Assembly: GCA_964535655.1 (NCBI GenBank)
Contig: CAZHTP010000003.1
Location: 1,186-65,185 of the forward strand
From: an uncultured Gammaproteobacteria bacterium
GTDB lineage: Bacteria > Patescibacteriota > Microgenomatia > JALYQM01
Length of the DNA: 64,000 nucleotides
Direction: 5' to 3'
Numbering within the stretch: the stretch's first letter is position 1; each line of letters begins with the position of its first letter. The translations under genes and the position numbers were made by a program. This document shows positions 10,272-19,989 of this stretch, in pieces. The notes beneath the pieces were generated by a model. That model searched no databases. It was not told the DNA's origin and saw only the letters and a program-made list of their open reading frames with translations.

Positions 10272-11213
10272 TGCGATAATGGAAGACCACCATTGCTCAT
10301 TCCCTTGAAGTTTAGACCAATACCAGTATTCACATCCCCATAGAAGGATTGTCTGGAAGTTAAGTTCGGCTAGTTTTTTAACGAGTGCTTCGGTTCGTTG
10401 TGGTGAGGCACTGGGATATTCTGCTTTTTGCGTATGTACCGCTGACTGGTACTCCCACGGTTCTGCTTGTGCTTCTGTTATCCATGGCTCAATCCCCTCG
10501 TGTTGCATCTTTTTTTGCCATTTCGAAAGTTTCCACCAATATAAAAAGGTCGGCTCAATATAATGGTCTGGTGAGACTGGAACTTTAGTATATACATTGA
10601 CTCCTATGGTATCGGCTAGTGCTGTATTTTTATTAAAGGCATTATTATACGAGAAATTCCAATCAAAAGGTGCTAGATTTATGGCATTAGAAAGCAGTAT
10701 TTTCTTTTCTGGAGAGATCACTCTTGTTTGCGCTACTGCCCGCTTAACGAAAGCCCGACTTACAAATTTGTTACCGGTAAAGGGGAAGTTGTTAAACGCT
10801 TCATTTTCAATTTGAATGTGCGAGATTTTTGCATTTTTCTTATACCTTTCCAAAACTTTCTGGATGAAATTAAACGCACATTGGGATAGATCCGCTTGCG
10901 TATCGATGGGAACATGCGCTAAATTGGTGTTATATTTTTTTTTAATCCACTCCGGAAAATGAAATTCTGGCCAGCGCGGAGATTTCATTCCTATTGCGAG
11001 AATAATTTGGGTATTGGTATTTGAGATGGTGTTAATAATGGTATCTAGCTTTGAAAAGTTGTAATGTCCCTCATGAGGCTCAATTTCGCTCCAATATGCA
11101 CAGACGCGAATATAGTTAAATTTTATAGTTAAAACTGACTGCAATGTCTCCCGATAATCGAGATTAAGATACTCGCATTGAATTTGACTAAAAGTAGTGC
11201 CGAGTTGCGCCAT
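10227..11213 (-). CDS. Putative glycoside hydrolase (TIM-barrel, clan GH-A-like)
   Basis: 'IQIENEAFN' resembles the catalytic acid/base NE motif of clan A hydrolases. Aromatic-rich, 328 aa. Confidence 0.4.
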   Translation of the reverse strand: MAQLGTTFSQIQCEYLNLDYRETLQSVLTIKFNYIRVCAYWSEIEPHEGHYNFSKLDTIINTISNTNTQIILAIGMKSPRWPEFHFPEWIKKKYNTNLAHVPIDTQADLSQCAFNFIQKVLERYKKNAKISHIQIENEAFNNFPFTGNKFVSRAFVKRAVAQTRVISPEKKILLSNAINLAPFDWNFSYNNAFNKNTALADTIGVNVYTKVPVSPDHYIEPTFLYWWKLSKWQKKMQHEGIEPWITEAQAEPWEYQSAVHTQKAEYPSASPQRTEALVKKLAELNFQTILLWGCEYWYWSKLQGNEQWWSSIIALREYCNDTCRCGFR

Positions 11214-11239
11214 GGTATCCTTTTTTATGAAAGTGCATT

Positions 11240-12775
11240 CTATTTATCATGGAGGAGTGCGATGTAAACTCCGTTAGTCCAGCCGAATCCTTTTTGAACA
11301 GGATACTCACTGTCTTCCGGTTTATTCCCAACTTTTACGACATTATATTTTTCGTACATAGTACCCGTTTGTTTGAAAGTATTTTCGCAGTTGCGCAGCC
11401 AGCGCGCCTTTATTTCGGCAGCTAAATCCAAGAAGCCATATTTCTTTAACCCTTGAATAGCAATCCACTCAAGTGGGGCCCATCCGTTTGGCGCGTCCCA
11501 CTGTTCTCCCGTATCGTAAAGAGAGGTTATAAGCCCGCCAGGGAAGAGAAACTTTTCTTTTAGAATCTTGGCCATTGATTGAGCTTGCTCCTGAGTCGCA
11601 ATTCCCGCGTACAGTGGGTATACCCCTGCCAACGAATAATAAATGCTTTGTTTTTCTGTTTTATAATTATAATCAAAGAAGAATTTTTCTTTTTTGTTAT
11701 AGAGGTATTGCTGAATGATCATAACCCGATCTGTTCCATTTTTGAGATACCTTTCTGCTTTTTTGTTTTCACCAATTACTTTATACCAATCGTGTAGCTG
11801 TTTTTCATATATATATAAAAGACAATTTAAATCGATAGGAATAATATCTGCCGCTATGCAGTGTGCTAAAGATTTATGGTCAGAAAACCAGCGTCCACTA
11901 AAATCCCAACCCGACTCCGCCGCAGCTCTATTATGGCGATAGTAATTGTGTTTACCTGAGTTTGTTACTTTATGTGCATTGAGTCGCTCCTCTAAATAAG
12001 CTTCCTCACGTGGTGTATTGTCTTGGTCGTAATAGCGGTTTAACGTGAATTTTCCCAATGCTACAGCCCGTTTTTCCATCCAAAATTTATATTCCTTTTC
12101 AATGTATGGTAAGTAGGTATGAAGTAAGGCTGTATCTGTGTTCTCAATTAATAGTTCGATCATCTGCACGAAAAATGGTGGCTGTGAACGCGTAGCTTCG
12201 TAAACTCTATTCCCATTCGGGATGTATCCTATTTTATCAATGAGATAGCAGAAGTTATCGCATATGTTTTTTACCATATCGAGCATTTTGCTGTTTGCTA
12301 GTCCAAGCATTGTAAAATAACTGTCCCAATAATATATTTCGCGGAATCTTCCGCCTGGAACAATATATGGGTTAGGTAAATGGATTAAGGTACTTCCTGG
12401 ATGAGTTGGTCCATCTGGATTGCGGTACAGCACTGACCACAATGAATTTATATGTTGTTCAACTGACCTATTTACAGGAACAGCATCTTCTATAATTGAA
12501 TCTTTGCTTACAGGAATTTGAAAATTGTCTAAAACAAACTGCTTTAAGTTAAAGCCTTTGCTTTTTTTTTCAAGTGCATACTTTTTCAAGATTGTTTTCT
12601 GGTCAAATACCGGGATGCTATCAGTAAATGTTTTAGAATCTGCGAAGATTTTGTTTATCTGGACTCGTTTAAATAATTCACCTGAAAGTTGAATGTACTT
12701 ATTTTTATTGATCTCGATTTTACTTTTCCCTGCTTTTTTATACAACTGTAGTGGGTTAATTCGTAATTCGAACAT
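11240..12775 (-). CDS. Alpha,alpha-trehalase (GH37)
   Basis: Trehalase signature 1 'PGGRFREIYYWDSYFTMLGL' and signature 2 'QWDAPNGWAPLEW'. Confidence 0.85.
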   Translation of the reverse strand: MFELRINPLQLYKKAGKSKIEINKNKYIQLSGELFKRVQINKIFADSKTFTDSIPVFDQKTILKKYALEKKSKGFNLKQFVLDNFQIPVSKDSIIEDAVPVNRSVEQHINSLWSVLYRNPDGPTHPGSTLIHLPNPYIVPGGRFREIYYWDSYFTMLGLANSKMLDMVKNICDNFCYLIDKIGYIPNGNRVYEATRSQPPFFVQMIELLIENTDTALLHTYLPYIEKEYKFWMEKRAVALGKFTLNRYYDQDNTPREEAYLEERLNAHKVTNSGKHNYYRHNRAAAESGWDFSGRWFSDHKSLAHCIAADIIPIDLNCLLYIYEKQLHDWYKVIGENKKAERYLKNGTDRVMIIQQYLYNKKEKFFFDYNYKTEKQSIYYSLAGVYPLYAGIATQEQAQSMAKILKEKFLFPGGLITSLYDTGEQWDAPNGWAPLEWIAIQGLKKYGFLDLAAEIKARWLRNCENTFKQTGTMYEKYNVVKVGNKPEDSEYPVQKGFGWTNGVYIALLHDK

Positions 12776-12800
12776 ATAGGTATTGTCTCTCTGTTAAGAC

Positions 12801-13046
12801 TTAGTAGTGCAAATTTGACGGTGTTGCTGTTTCTGTTTCGGCGCTTGATGATGCGTAAGATGAATCAATGTTCCTCATTGCGCTTGGAACGTCGATAGCG
12901 GTAGGTAGTGGTACTTGTCCGATAGTTTCACCAATTTTCCCCATTACAGGAATCATGCCAATAATGACGATTAGGGCAAGTGCTGCGTAAAGGAGTCCTT
13001 TGTTAGACATAATACATATTCTATAGTTTTTAACTTGAATTGCCAA
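12801..13046 (-). CDS. Small membrane protein (hypothetical)
   Basis: 81 aa with a single TM helix. Confidence 0.3.
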   Translation of the reverse strand: MAIQVKNYRICIMSNKGLLYAALALIVIIGMIPVMGKIGETIGQVPLPTAIDVPSAMRNIDSSYASSSAETETATPSNLHY

Positions 13047-13127
13047 TATGTTTCGAAATTAAAATATATGTGTAATTGACAGACTACTGTTGTTTTTATG
13101 TATCATGTATAAAGTATATCTGATACT

Positions 13128-13871
13128 TTGAAAAGGAAATTTATGGCTCGCAGCAAACAAAACATGTTACCTGTTCATCCACATTTATTGGTGGTTGGAC
13201 TTGGTGTAAGTGTGACGCTCGCCTTGGCAGTAGCACTCTATACTCCTATGCCACGAACGCAATCGCTTGCATCAATTAATAATGTCGACAATTCATACGC
13301 TGCAGCAACGGCTACGCCACCTCCCTCAACTCCACGAGCTTCAGCAACACCTTGTCCAACTTCGTGCCAAGTGATTTCGCTAGCTCCGATGGCAGATGCC
13401 CGCGTAAAACGAGTAGAGCCAAATGAAAACTTTGGGAGTGCGGTTGAACTTCGCGCCGAGAATGACGCGAGTGGAAGTTATTATGAATCGTATTTAAAGT
13501 TTGATTTATCTTTTATTCCTCCAACGGCAACTGTAAAGAAGGCAGAACTAACACTGCACACTATTGATGAATCAAAAAATGGTCCTCAACTTTACCAGGT
13601 AGCGAATACTTTTAAAAACACTACCACCCCTTGGACAGAGTCGGGTCTCACTTGGAACAATAAACCCGCTAAAGTTGGCTCTTCGCTCGGTAATAAGGCT
13701 GCGGTAGTACGTGATGTGTATGTCACTTATGATGTGACGGCATTAGTTAATAAATCTAAGGGTCAAATTTACAGCTTTGGTCTCTTTGCGGATTCAACAG
13801 ATGGGTTAGTGCTTTCATCAAAGGAAAATGGCGTCAACTGGAATATTCCGTATATGACGGTTAATTTCTAA
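13128..13871 (+). CDS. Secreted protein with DNRLRE-like carbohydrate-binding-type domain
   Basis: Signal/TM at N-terminus. 'NENFGSAVELRAEND...YLKFDLSFIPPTATVKKAELTLH' pattern. Followed by a strong terminator. Confidence 0.4.
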   Translation: MKRKFMARSKQNMLPVHPHLLVVGLGVSVTLALAVALYTPMPRTQSLASINNVDNSYAAATATPPPSTPRASATPCPTSCQVISLAPMADARVKRVEPNENFGSAVELRAENDASGSYYESYLKFDLSFIPPTATVKKAELTLHTIDESKNGPQLYQVANTFKNTTTPWTESGLTWNNKPAKVGSSLGNKAAVVRDVYVTYDVTALVNKSKGQIYSFGLFADSTDGLVLSSKENGVNWNIPYMTVNF

Positions 13872-13893
13872 ACCATTGTTTCAGTCTTTTTAA

Positions 13894-13927
13894 AAATACG
13901 GCCTCAAAAAAGGCCGTATTTTTTTGT
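13894..13927 (+). terminator. Rho-independent terminator
   Basis: Hairpin AAATACGGCC-tcaaaaaa-GGCCGTATTT followed by a T-run. Confidence 0.7.
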
Positions 13928-13982
13928 AGAAGCTCGTAATTCTATACTTTACTGGCTATTTTTGGTATACTCTCCCAAGATT

Positions 13983-13998
13983 TTATGGTGGTCGTAGC
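13983..13998 (+). repeat. Duplicate of the tRNA-His 5' end (ATGGTGGTCGTAGC), 107 bp upstream of the intact tRNA
   Basis: Exact 14-15-nt match to 14091-14105. Embedded in a hairpin-rich segment. Confidence 0.4.
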
Positions 13999-14092
13999 CT
14001 GAGGCAGTATCAACTGCCGAAGGTCCCGTGAGTACCACGAACGGGATCAATGGGTGAAAACCGTTGCTAAAGTGTGTTAGTTAGTCAAATAT

Positions 14093-14167
14093 GGTGGTCG
14101 TAGCTCAATGGTAGAGCAGCAGTTTGTGGTACTGCTGGTTGCGGGTTCGAGTCCCGTCGATCACCCA
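14093..14167 (+). tRNA. tRNA-His (anticodon GTG) with genomically encoded G-1
   Basis: Manual fold: 7-bp acceptor plus extra G-1:C73 pair, D-arm GCTC/GAGC, anticodon stem GCAGT/ACTGC with loop TTGTGGT, T-arm GCGGG-TTCGAGT-CCCGT. Confidence 0.8.
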
Positions 14168-14316
14168 TCCATTGTTATATTATTATGATATCCTTTTCTC
14201 GATACTCCTGACTGGACGTTCGAACCTTTTTAGGAAATATATTTTGCTATTACTCTAAATTCTGTATGAATTTGATCTTTTTCGGGAGCATAAAGGACCG
14301 CAGCAAGATCACTATC
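14163..14316 (+). repeat. 154-bp perfect direct repeat, copy 1 (starts in the last 5 nt of tRNA-His)
   Basis: Identical to 25893..26046 base for base. Confidence 0.9.
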
Positions 14317-14364
14317 AGATATTCTCCCGTTTTAATTCCGTATTTATTGTTAAAAATAATAGCA

Positions 14365-16953
14365 TTATATTTCTATTTCGATAGGTATTTGTTGTTGTAC
14401 CTGAACTTGATTTTCTACTTCTATTCTGATTTGATCGTATATTTCGACCTCAGCATCTAATATTTCAAAGCTCACTATAAGTGTATATTCTGCTGGATAT
14501 TTTCCTGCTTTATCCCAACCTTCACGACCTCGTACGGCAATGCAAAAACCATCCGTCAGTTCGTAAGCTTTAATAACCGCCCAATCTTTTTGATTCACTC
14601 CCATAGTTCTTTTTAGGTTTCTAGTCTGTCCAGTATTTTCTTTATCTCCTATTACCCATTTAATCGAATGTCCATTTCGATCTTCATGGCCATCTTCTGA
14701 ATATTTAACACATTTTAGAAATTCTTCTGTACTTTCTCCAATATTACTACTAACCCAATCCACCCTATTTGATAAATACTTTTTGGGATTCTTTCTTGTT
14801 CTTCTTGGTTTAGCTTTATATGCAACTGTCACTTCAACCAGTATGTTGTATTCGTTACCTGCTCTTCTTATCTCTTCTGGTATTGGAATTTTGTAAACGT
14901 GCAGGTCTTTATTTAGTATTCTTATATTGCCCCTGCTATAAAGTGTGACACGACTATCGCTACTATAAAGTGCTCTGTCTAAAGAAGGGACACCATATCC
15001 TATTTTTCGTAGTACTGCCTGATACTGCGACTTATCAATATTTTGCGCCCAGTGAGGCCAGCGAGCAGAGTGTATTAATAATGCACGATACATCAAAGCG
15101 GATTCTTCAGGGTATTGACCTTCAATCTTTCCTAATATATGAGAAACTCTAGGGGTACTAATTGATGTTCCGATGAAGTCTCTTGAAGTTAATGGACCTG
15201 GTGGTGAGGACCTAACGCTTTCTAAACTAAGCTCATTGAGTTGTTGTAATGTTATTGGCTGTGCGTAGTTTACAGCATAACTTCCACCTATTTCTACAAC
15301 ATCTGGTTTGATCACTCCCCAAATTCCTGGACCTGATCTAGAAAATGGAGATGGGTCCCATTTACCGCCAAGAGATTTTAAGTTTTCATTTTGGAAATCT
15401 GCTAGACATATTGCTCCTACTGTAACTCCCATAAAAGCTTGTCCGGGATTTGCAGCTCTCGCTGCATCTTCCAATAAATATTCTGGGTAATTTTTTCCAT
15501 TACGGAGGTAGTTTAATATGCCCGGATTTAATGCCTGCTCTGAGAAAGAACTAATATTGCCGATGCTTTGAACGAACACTATATCATTGTCGTATGATAA
15601 TGAATCCATGCAAGCTGCCCACACAGACATTCTGCTTATTTTACACGCTATAGAGCTAGATATTGAATGATTAAAGATGCGGGTTCTTTGCTCAGTGAAT
15701 TTGTAGTATTTATCAACAATGTTGATTAATAATAGCGCTGGCTGGATAGTTTTTGGTATTACTCCATCTTTATTTAATACTCTTGCATTTTCTAACCAAA
15801 AGGGACTTTGAAAAATTCCATTTTTCGGTATTTCGTTATAGAATTGGATTGCCCCAGCGATTCTAGTTCCATGTCCACCATTTTCAATTTCGTCGCCGAC
15901 ACCATTACCATCTGGCAAAAAATTATAAGAAGCTTCCCTGACAATGGATTCTTTTAAGAGGACGTGCTCTTCATTTATTCCACTATCGATTACGCAGATT
16001 CTTGGTGCGTTTGCTCGTGGAGGTAAAACTGTTAATCCATTTTCGTATAGATTATTGATCTCATTATGATCGTTAATAATCACAATCTCTTCCGCTTCAG
16101 ATATCTCAAAAATATACGGGTAGTTTGCAGCGATATCTTTTAGTCCTTTCCCTGATATTTCAACACGGATGGAGAAACTATCATAAAACTCTACAGCGTT
16201 ATAGGTTTGGTTATCAACGATTTGTAGTATGTTTCCTTTATAGAAGTTCACCAACTGTTGCAATTGGTCTTCACGTTCGCTTTTTAGCTTGTCGTACTCT
16301 TGATATGCAAACGTAAGTTTTTCTTCCCATTTTTCTTTTTTTGCCTGAAATTCTTCTTCCGTTTCACTTTTAGTCTTTTCAATTTTGTTTTGAGGAGGAA
16401 TTGTTGTACCTGTACACTCTATAGAAATATCAACTGTGCAAGCAGTGTCATCTTTGATATGTATCCATTTTTTGTACAACTCTTCGGAAAGTATATGTTG
16501 CAGTTTGTCATGCGGGTTTATATCATATACTTTTGCTACTGACCCACTTTTCTTTTCGTTGTTCTCAAATGCCTTTATGCTCTTAGTTAGCTTGTTTAAC
16601 TCTATATCCTCAGTTGCAACGATTGCAAAACCTTCATCATACTCTGCCACGATTTCAAATCCAAAGGCGGAACGTAAAAACTCTAAATCTACGTCTTCTT
16701 CTATTTGCACAAGAGCTGAGTTTCCCTTTGGAAGTATTCTGCCTACTTCAGTATCACTTCTGTTGAGATTTTCTTCTTTCCAAGTATTACTAAGCATTTG
16801 CAACTTGCCCGTAAGCTCGAACGCATGATCTTTACGATTTTCTAAATTTTGTATTGTCTTTTCGTTTGATTTTCCTTGTGCACGAGGGAAGTATGCTCTA
16901 TCTTTGAGCACCATCTGAATGGGAAGATGATTTAGTTGTCGTTGTGTTGCCAT
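14365..16953 (-). CDS. Subtilisin-like serine protease (peptidase S8) with long N- and C-terminal extensions; ietS-like
   Basis: Catalytic triad motifs 'CVIDSGI' (Asp), 'HGTRIAG' (His), 'GTSISTPRVSHILG' (Ser). 862 aa. Overlaps the upstream AAA gene by 56 nt. Confidence 0.85.
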   Translation of the reverse strand: MATQRQLNHLPIQMVLKDRAYFPRAQGKSNEKTIQNLENRKDHAFELTGKLQMLSNTWKEENLNRSDTEVGRILPKGNSALVQIEEDVDLEFLRSAFGFEIVAEYDEGFAIVATEDIELNKLTKSIKAFENNEKKSGSVAKVYDINPHDKLQHILSEELYKKWIHIKDDTACTVDISIECTGTTIPPQNKIEKTKSETEEEFQAKKEKWEEKLTFAYQEYDKLKSEREDQLQQLVNFYKGNILQIVDNQTYNAVEFYDSFSIRVEISGKGLKDIAANYPYIFEISEAEEIVIINDHNEINNLYENGLTVLPPRANAPRICVIDSGINEEHVLLKESIVREASYNFLPDGNGVGDEIENGGHGTRIAGAIQFYNEIPKNGIFQSPFWLENARVLNKDGVIPKTIQPALLLINIVDKYYKFTEQRTRIFNHSISSSIACKISRMSVWAACMDSLSYDNDIVFVQSIGNISSFSEQALNPGILNYLRNGKNYPEYLLEDAARAANPGQAFMGVTVGAICLADFQNENLKSLGGKWDPSPFSRSGPGIWGVIKPDVVEIGGSYAVNYAQPITLQQLNELSLESVRSSPPGPLTSRDFIGTSISTPRVSHILGKIEGQYPEESALMYRALLIHSARWPHWAQNIDKSQYQAVLRKIGYGVPSLDRALYSSDSRVTLYSRGNIRILNKDLHVYKIPIPEEIRRAGNEYNILVEVTVAYKAKPRRTRKNPKKYLSNRVDWVSSNIGESTEEFLKCVKYSEDGHEDRNGHSIKWVIGDKENTGQTRNLKRTMGVNQKDWAVIKAYELTDGFCIAVRGREGWDKAGKYPAEYTLIVSFEILDAEVEIYDQIRIEVENQVQVQQQIPIEIEI

Positions 16954-17968
16954 TTATTTTTTTTGTACTAGGAGGGGCAATTTCATCCAACGCAATTGTC
17001 AAATGCGTATCGTTCACAGTACTACTCCCATCTAATATAGCCGTCTTTGCTGCATTTTGAGCTACAGATACAACGTCTGCAGCAGATAGCCCTTTTACTT
17101 TTTTAAATAATACGCCCCAATTAATTTTTTTGTTTATATTCAAAGCGGCCAAAGTTGTTTTCAGCAATTGTTCTATTTGTTGTGAGTCGGGTCTTTTGAT
17201 TTCAATTATATCATCAAAACGTCTATATATGGCCTTGTCTAGAGATCCCTCTAAGTTTGTGGTCGCTACAAGTAATCCTGCAGACTCATATTCATCTAAA
17301 AGCATTAGTAGCATATTAACTATCCTTTGTGTTTCTCCAACATCTGAACTACTAGTTCTCGACTTCGCTATAATGTCACATTCATCTAACAATAATACAC
17401 ATGGCGATTTTTGGCTTGCATCGAAAATTGATCTTAAATTTGCTGAAGTTTCACCAAAGTATGAGGAGATTAAACTATCAAATCTAACTTTTAATAGAGG
17501 AAGTCCAACATTCCAAGCTAGTCTCTCAGCTCCCATTGTCTTACCACACCCGGGTGGTCCATAAAGTAATATTTTTTTTCTTGGTTTTAAGTTATGCCTT
17601 GCTAGTCGATCTCTGGCAGCAAATTCTTTTTCTATCCGTTCAAATCTATCTTCAACATCCGATTGCAAGACCATGTAATGTCTTAAAACATGGGCCGGAA
17701 TAAAAGTAGCAAGAGGTTGGTTATTTCTTTGACTTTTAGGAAGTTCGAATAATTTTTTTTCACTTACTTCTGGATTTACATAGTACTTGGTGGTCAACCG
17801 ATTTTGAGCATCAGCAATTATTTTCTCAAGTTGCAAGGATAATTTCTTATGCCCTTTTTTCTTCTCTTCTTCAACGACGGCAGAAGCTATTTTTAATAAA
17901 CTTTCTGAATCGTTTGTCTCAATTGCTCTAAATAGTCTAGTAAGTAATATTGAATTCATATAAGCCAA
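16898..17968 (-). CDS. Classic AAA+ ATPase (CDC48/FtsH-type ATPase domain); ietA-like
   Basis: Walker A 'LLYGPPGCGKTM', Walker B 'VLLLDECD', second region of homology. 356 aa. Translationally coupled to the subtilase. Confidence 0.85.
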   Translation of the reverse strand: MAYMNSILLTRLFRAIETNDSESLLKIASAVVEEEKKKGHKKLSLQLEKIIADAQNRLTTKYYVNPEVSEKKLFELPKSQRNNQPLATFIPAHVLRHYMVLQSDVEDRFERIEKEFAARDRLARHNLKPRKKILLYGPPGCGKTMGAERLAWNVGLPLLKVRFDSLISSYFGETSANLRSIFDASQKSPCVLLLDECDIIAKSRTSSSDVGETQRIVNMLLMLLDEYESAGLLVATTNLEGSLDKAIYRRFDDIIEIKRPDSQQIEQLLKTTLAALNINKKINWGVLFKKVKGLSAADVVSVAQNAAKTAILDGSSTVNDTHLTIALDEIAPPSTKKINGNTTTTKSSSHSDGAQR

Positions 17969-18072
17969 ATCAAAAAAGCTTATCTTTTGAAGAGTTAATT
18001 ATACTGTATCACTCTACTGTTAATTACTCAATAAACTAGTTTCTAAACTCATATACACGAAAGCGATCGTAC

Positions 18073-18671
18073 TTAATAACTACTAATACGCCACTTAAGG
18101 AAATCCTCATCTATTGTTAGCTTGTATATCTTTTTTTTCTCAAATTCTGCTTTTATGACTGAAACAAAAAATATATATCCTTGCTCTGGACTTCTGCCAA
18201 TTACCCAATAAGTAGAGAAATCACTTCTGTCGTGTACAATCTTTTGAAGCTCTTCATGCTCAAATAAACCAAATTTATCTATAAATATAATTAAATCAAG
18301 ATTTCTATAATATTCTGGTCCTTTTTTTGCTTTTTTATCAATAGCATCAATTACTAGAGAAGTAATGTTTCCCTTAGAAAAAGGTGGTATACCTGTTCAG
18401 TGTCCAAAACTATGTTCTTTTTCTCTCCTGCTGTGCAAGCTAATACACCATCTCCTCCAAATCGGTCTGATCCAATAGTCCACTCGTTATCAGGATCTAA
18501 ATGGCGTGCTACAGTGCAAAGTATAAATAATCCAAGTACTTCACGAGGTAATAAATTTATATTTGCTATTTTTTTACCTTTTACTAGTAGCGCTGAATTT
18601 TTCAAAATTGTTTGAATTATATTTTTAAGGAATAAATTAAGATCTTTGACAAGATAAATTGGTGTATGCAT
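18073..18671 (-). pseudogene. Frameshifted hypothetical gene (105-aa ORF plus about 92-aa Met-less continuation in another frame)
   Basis: ORF 18354..18671 is followed by an open frame 18073..18396 with no Met at all. The frames meet at a T5/A5 run near 18378-18382. Confidence 0.45.
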
Positions 18672-18720
18672 ACAGTTTTAAATCTCTAGCATAACTTGTT
18701 ATCTCATGCATATGCATATT

Positions 18721-18796
18721 GCGGAAAGTGGTTCTTCATTCGAAGTATATGGGTTATAATTGATTCCAGTCAAAACCCAACTATCACTTTGTTGCA
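18721..18796 (+). repeat. Degenerate tRNA-3'-half-like element (about 75% similar to 25828..25900)
   Basis: Shares 'GG..ATGGTTC..CATT.CGA..AT.TGGGTTATAATTG.TTCCAG...AACCCA' with the segment preceding repeat copy 2. Confidence 0.4.
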
Positions 18797-19309
18797 CTAT
18801 TCTTTAGAAAATTTCCCTGGACTAATGGAAACAACTTTTGCTTGAACTTTTGCATTTTTAACCTCGTACTCAATTCTATCTCCAGGCTTCTTTCCTAGTA
18901 ACTTCTCACCAAGAGGTGATTCATAAGAAATCCATGATTTATTAGTTCCTGAGTCGTATTTACCGAGGACTGTATATTCTTCAGGCTCGTCCTCGCCTTG
19001 AAAAAGCACACCTACAGTATTTCCGAGACCTACACGATCGACTTCTTGTCTAGGTTCAATAAAGACTGGATCAGTGACCGATTGTCTTAGATTTAAGACA
19101 AATGCGGCATTAATTTGTGTATCTCTTTTAGCTTGATCATAGGCTGCGTTATCATGCCATTCATGGCTTTCACCTGCAGCATCACCTATGTCTTTGCTAG
19201 ATTGAGCTAAGGCTTGCTCTGCAGACTCTAATTCCCTTAGTAATCTGTTATAAGTTTCTCGCGTCATTAAGTTTAATTTGCGAGGTTGCCTCTCTCGATT
19301 TTCTATCAT
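18797..19309 (-). CDS. GreA/GreB-family transcript cleavage factor-like protein
   Basis: N-terminal coiled-coil plus C-terminal FKBP-like domain ('VGLGNTVGVLFQGEDEPEEYTVLG', 'ISYESPLGEKLLGKKPGDRIEY'). Confidence 0.6.
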   Translation of the reverse strand: MIENRERQPRKLNLMTRETYNRLLRELESAEQALAQSSKDIGDAAGESHEWHDNAAYDQAKRDTQINAAFVLNLRQSVTDPVFIEPRQEVDRVGLGNTVGVLFQGEDEPEEYTVLGKYDSGTNKSWISYESPLGEKLLGKKPGDRIEYEVKNAKVQAKVVSISPGKFSKE

Positions 19310-19311
19310 AC

Positions 19312-19986
19312 TTAATTTGACTTAACAAAATTACATCTTAAAACTACTCTTACGCCTGTATTTTCCTGTTTTACATCTTCAGATAATTCTTCCTCCAAGG
19401 TAAAGTTATTTTGTGCCATAATTTTATAAAATAGTTCTTTAGGGAGCAATGTCATTGGTAACCCCTCTTTAGTGATGTATGAGTACTCTTCTCCTGCGAC
19501 CGCTTCATAGGTAGGATCTAACTCTTTGTTAGTAAAGATATTGAGACATACTATCGCCCCAGTTTTTGTAACCCGAGATAGTTCTTTTAAGGCACTTTCA
19601 TATTGATCCAATGTTGCTGCCTGATGGAGTACACCGGTCGTTACTACAACGTCGAAAAAATTGTCGTTGAAAGGAATATGAAGAATGGTTCCCTCTTTTA
19701 TTCTGTTTTCCATTTCATTAGTAGGAATATAATTTTGAACACGCTTTTTTGTTGCAGCGATCATCGCAGGGTTTATATCACAAGCATATGTCTCGAATCC
19801 CATACTGCATAACATTTCAGTATGTCTTCCACCACCACATCCTAAGTCTAATGCCTTCAGTTCACTGGTATCTTTTACTTGAGATAATCTATTTACTATC
19901 TTAGGATCTGCTGGTTTTGACTCGAAATATTCAACAATTTTATCGTCGTTCCAAAACTTTTTTTCTGACTGGGTAGTATCATTCAT
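19312..19986 (-). CDS. Class I SAM-dependent methyltransferase
   Basis: Motif I 'ALDLGCGGGRHT'. Confidence 0.7.
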   Translation of the reverse strand: MNDTTQSEKKFWNDDKIVEYFESKPADPKIVNRLSQVKDTSELKALDLGCGGGRHTEMLCSMGFETYACDINPAMIAATKKRVQNYIPTNEMENRIKEGTILHIPFNDNFFDVVVTTGVLHQAATLDQYESALKELSRVTKTGAIVCLNIFTNKELDPTYEAVAGEEYSYITKEGLPMTLLPKELFYKIMAQNNFTLEEELSEDVKQENTGVRVVLRCNFVKSN

Positions 19987-19989
19987 ATA

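Noticed and set aside
13975-14092. Second tRNA gene or SRP/4.5S RNA upstream of tRNA-His
   Set aside because: Manual folding gives no cloverleaf: no D-stem partner, no anticodon arm. The 'CCGAAGG' segment does not match the SRP domain IV consensus (GGAAGGAAGCAGC). Kept only as an unexplained structured region.
14266-14460. 64-aa plus-strand ORF downstream of tRNA-His
   Set aside because: Spans the end of the 154-bp repeat and the 3' end of the subtilase gene. AT-rich, low-complexity translation, likely spurious.
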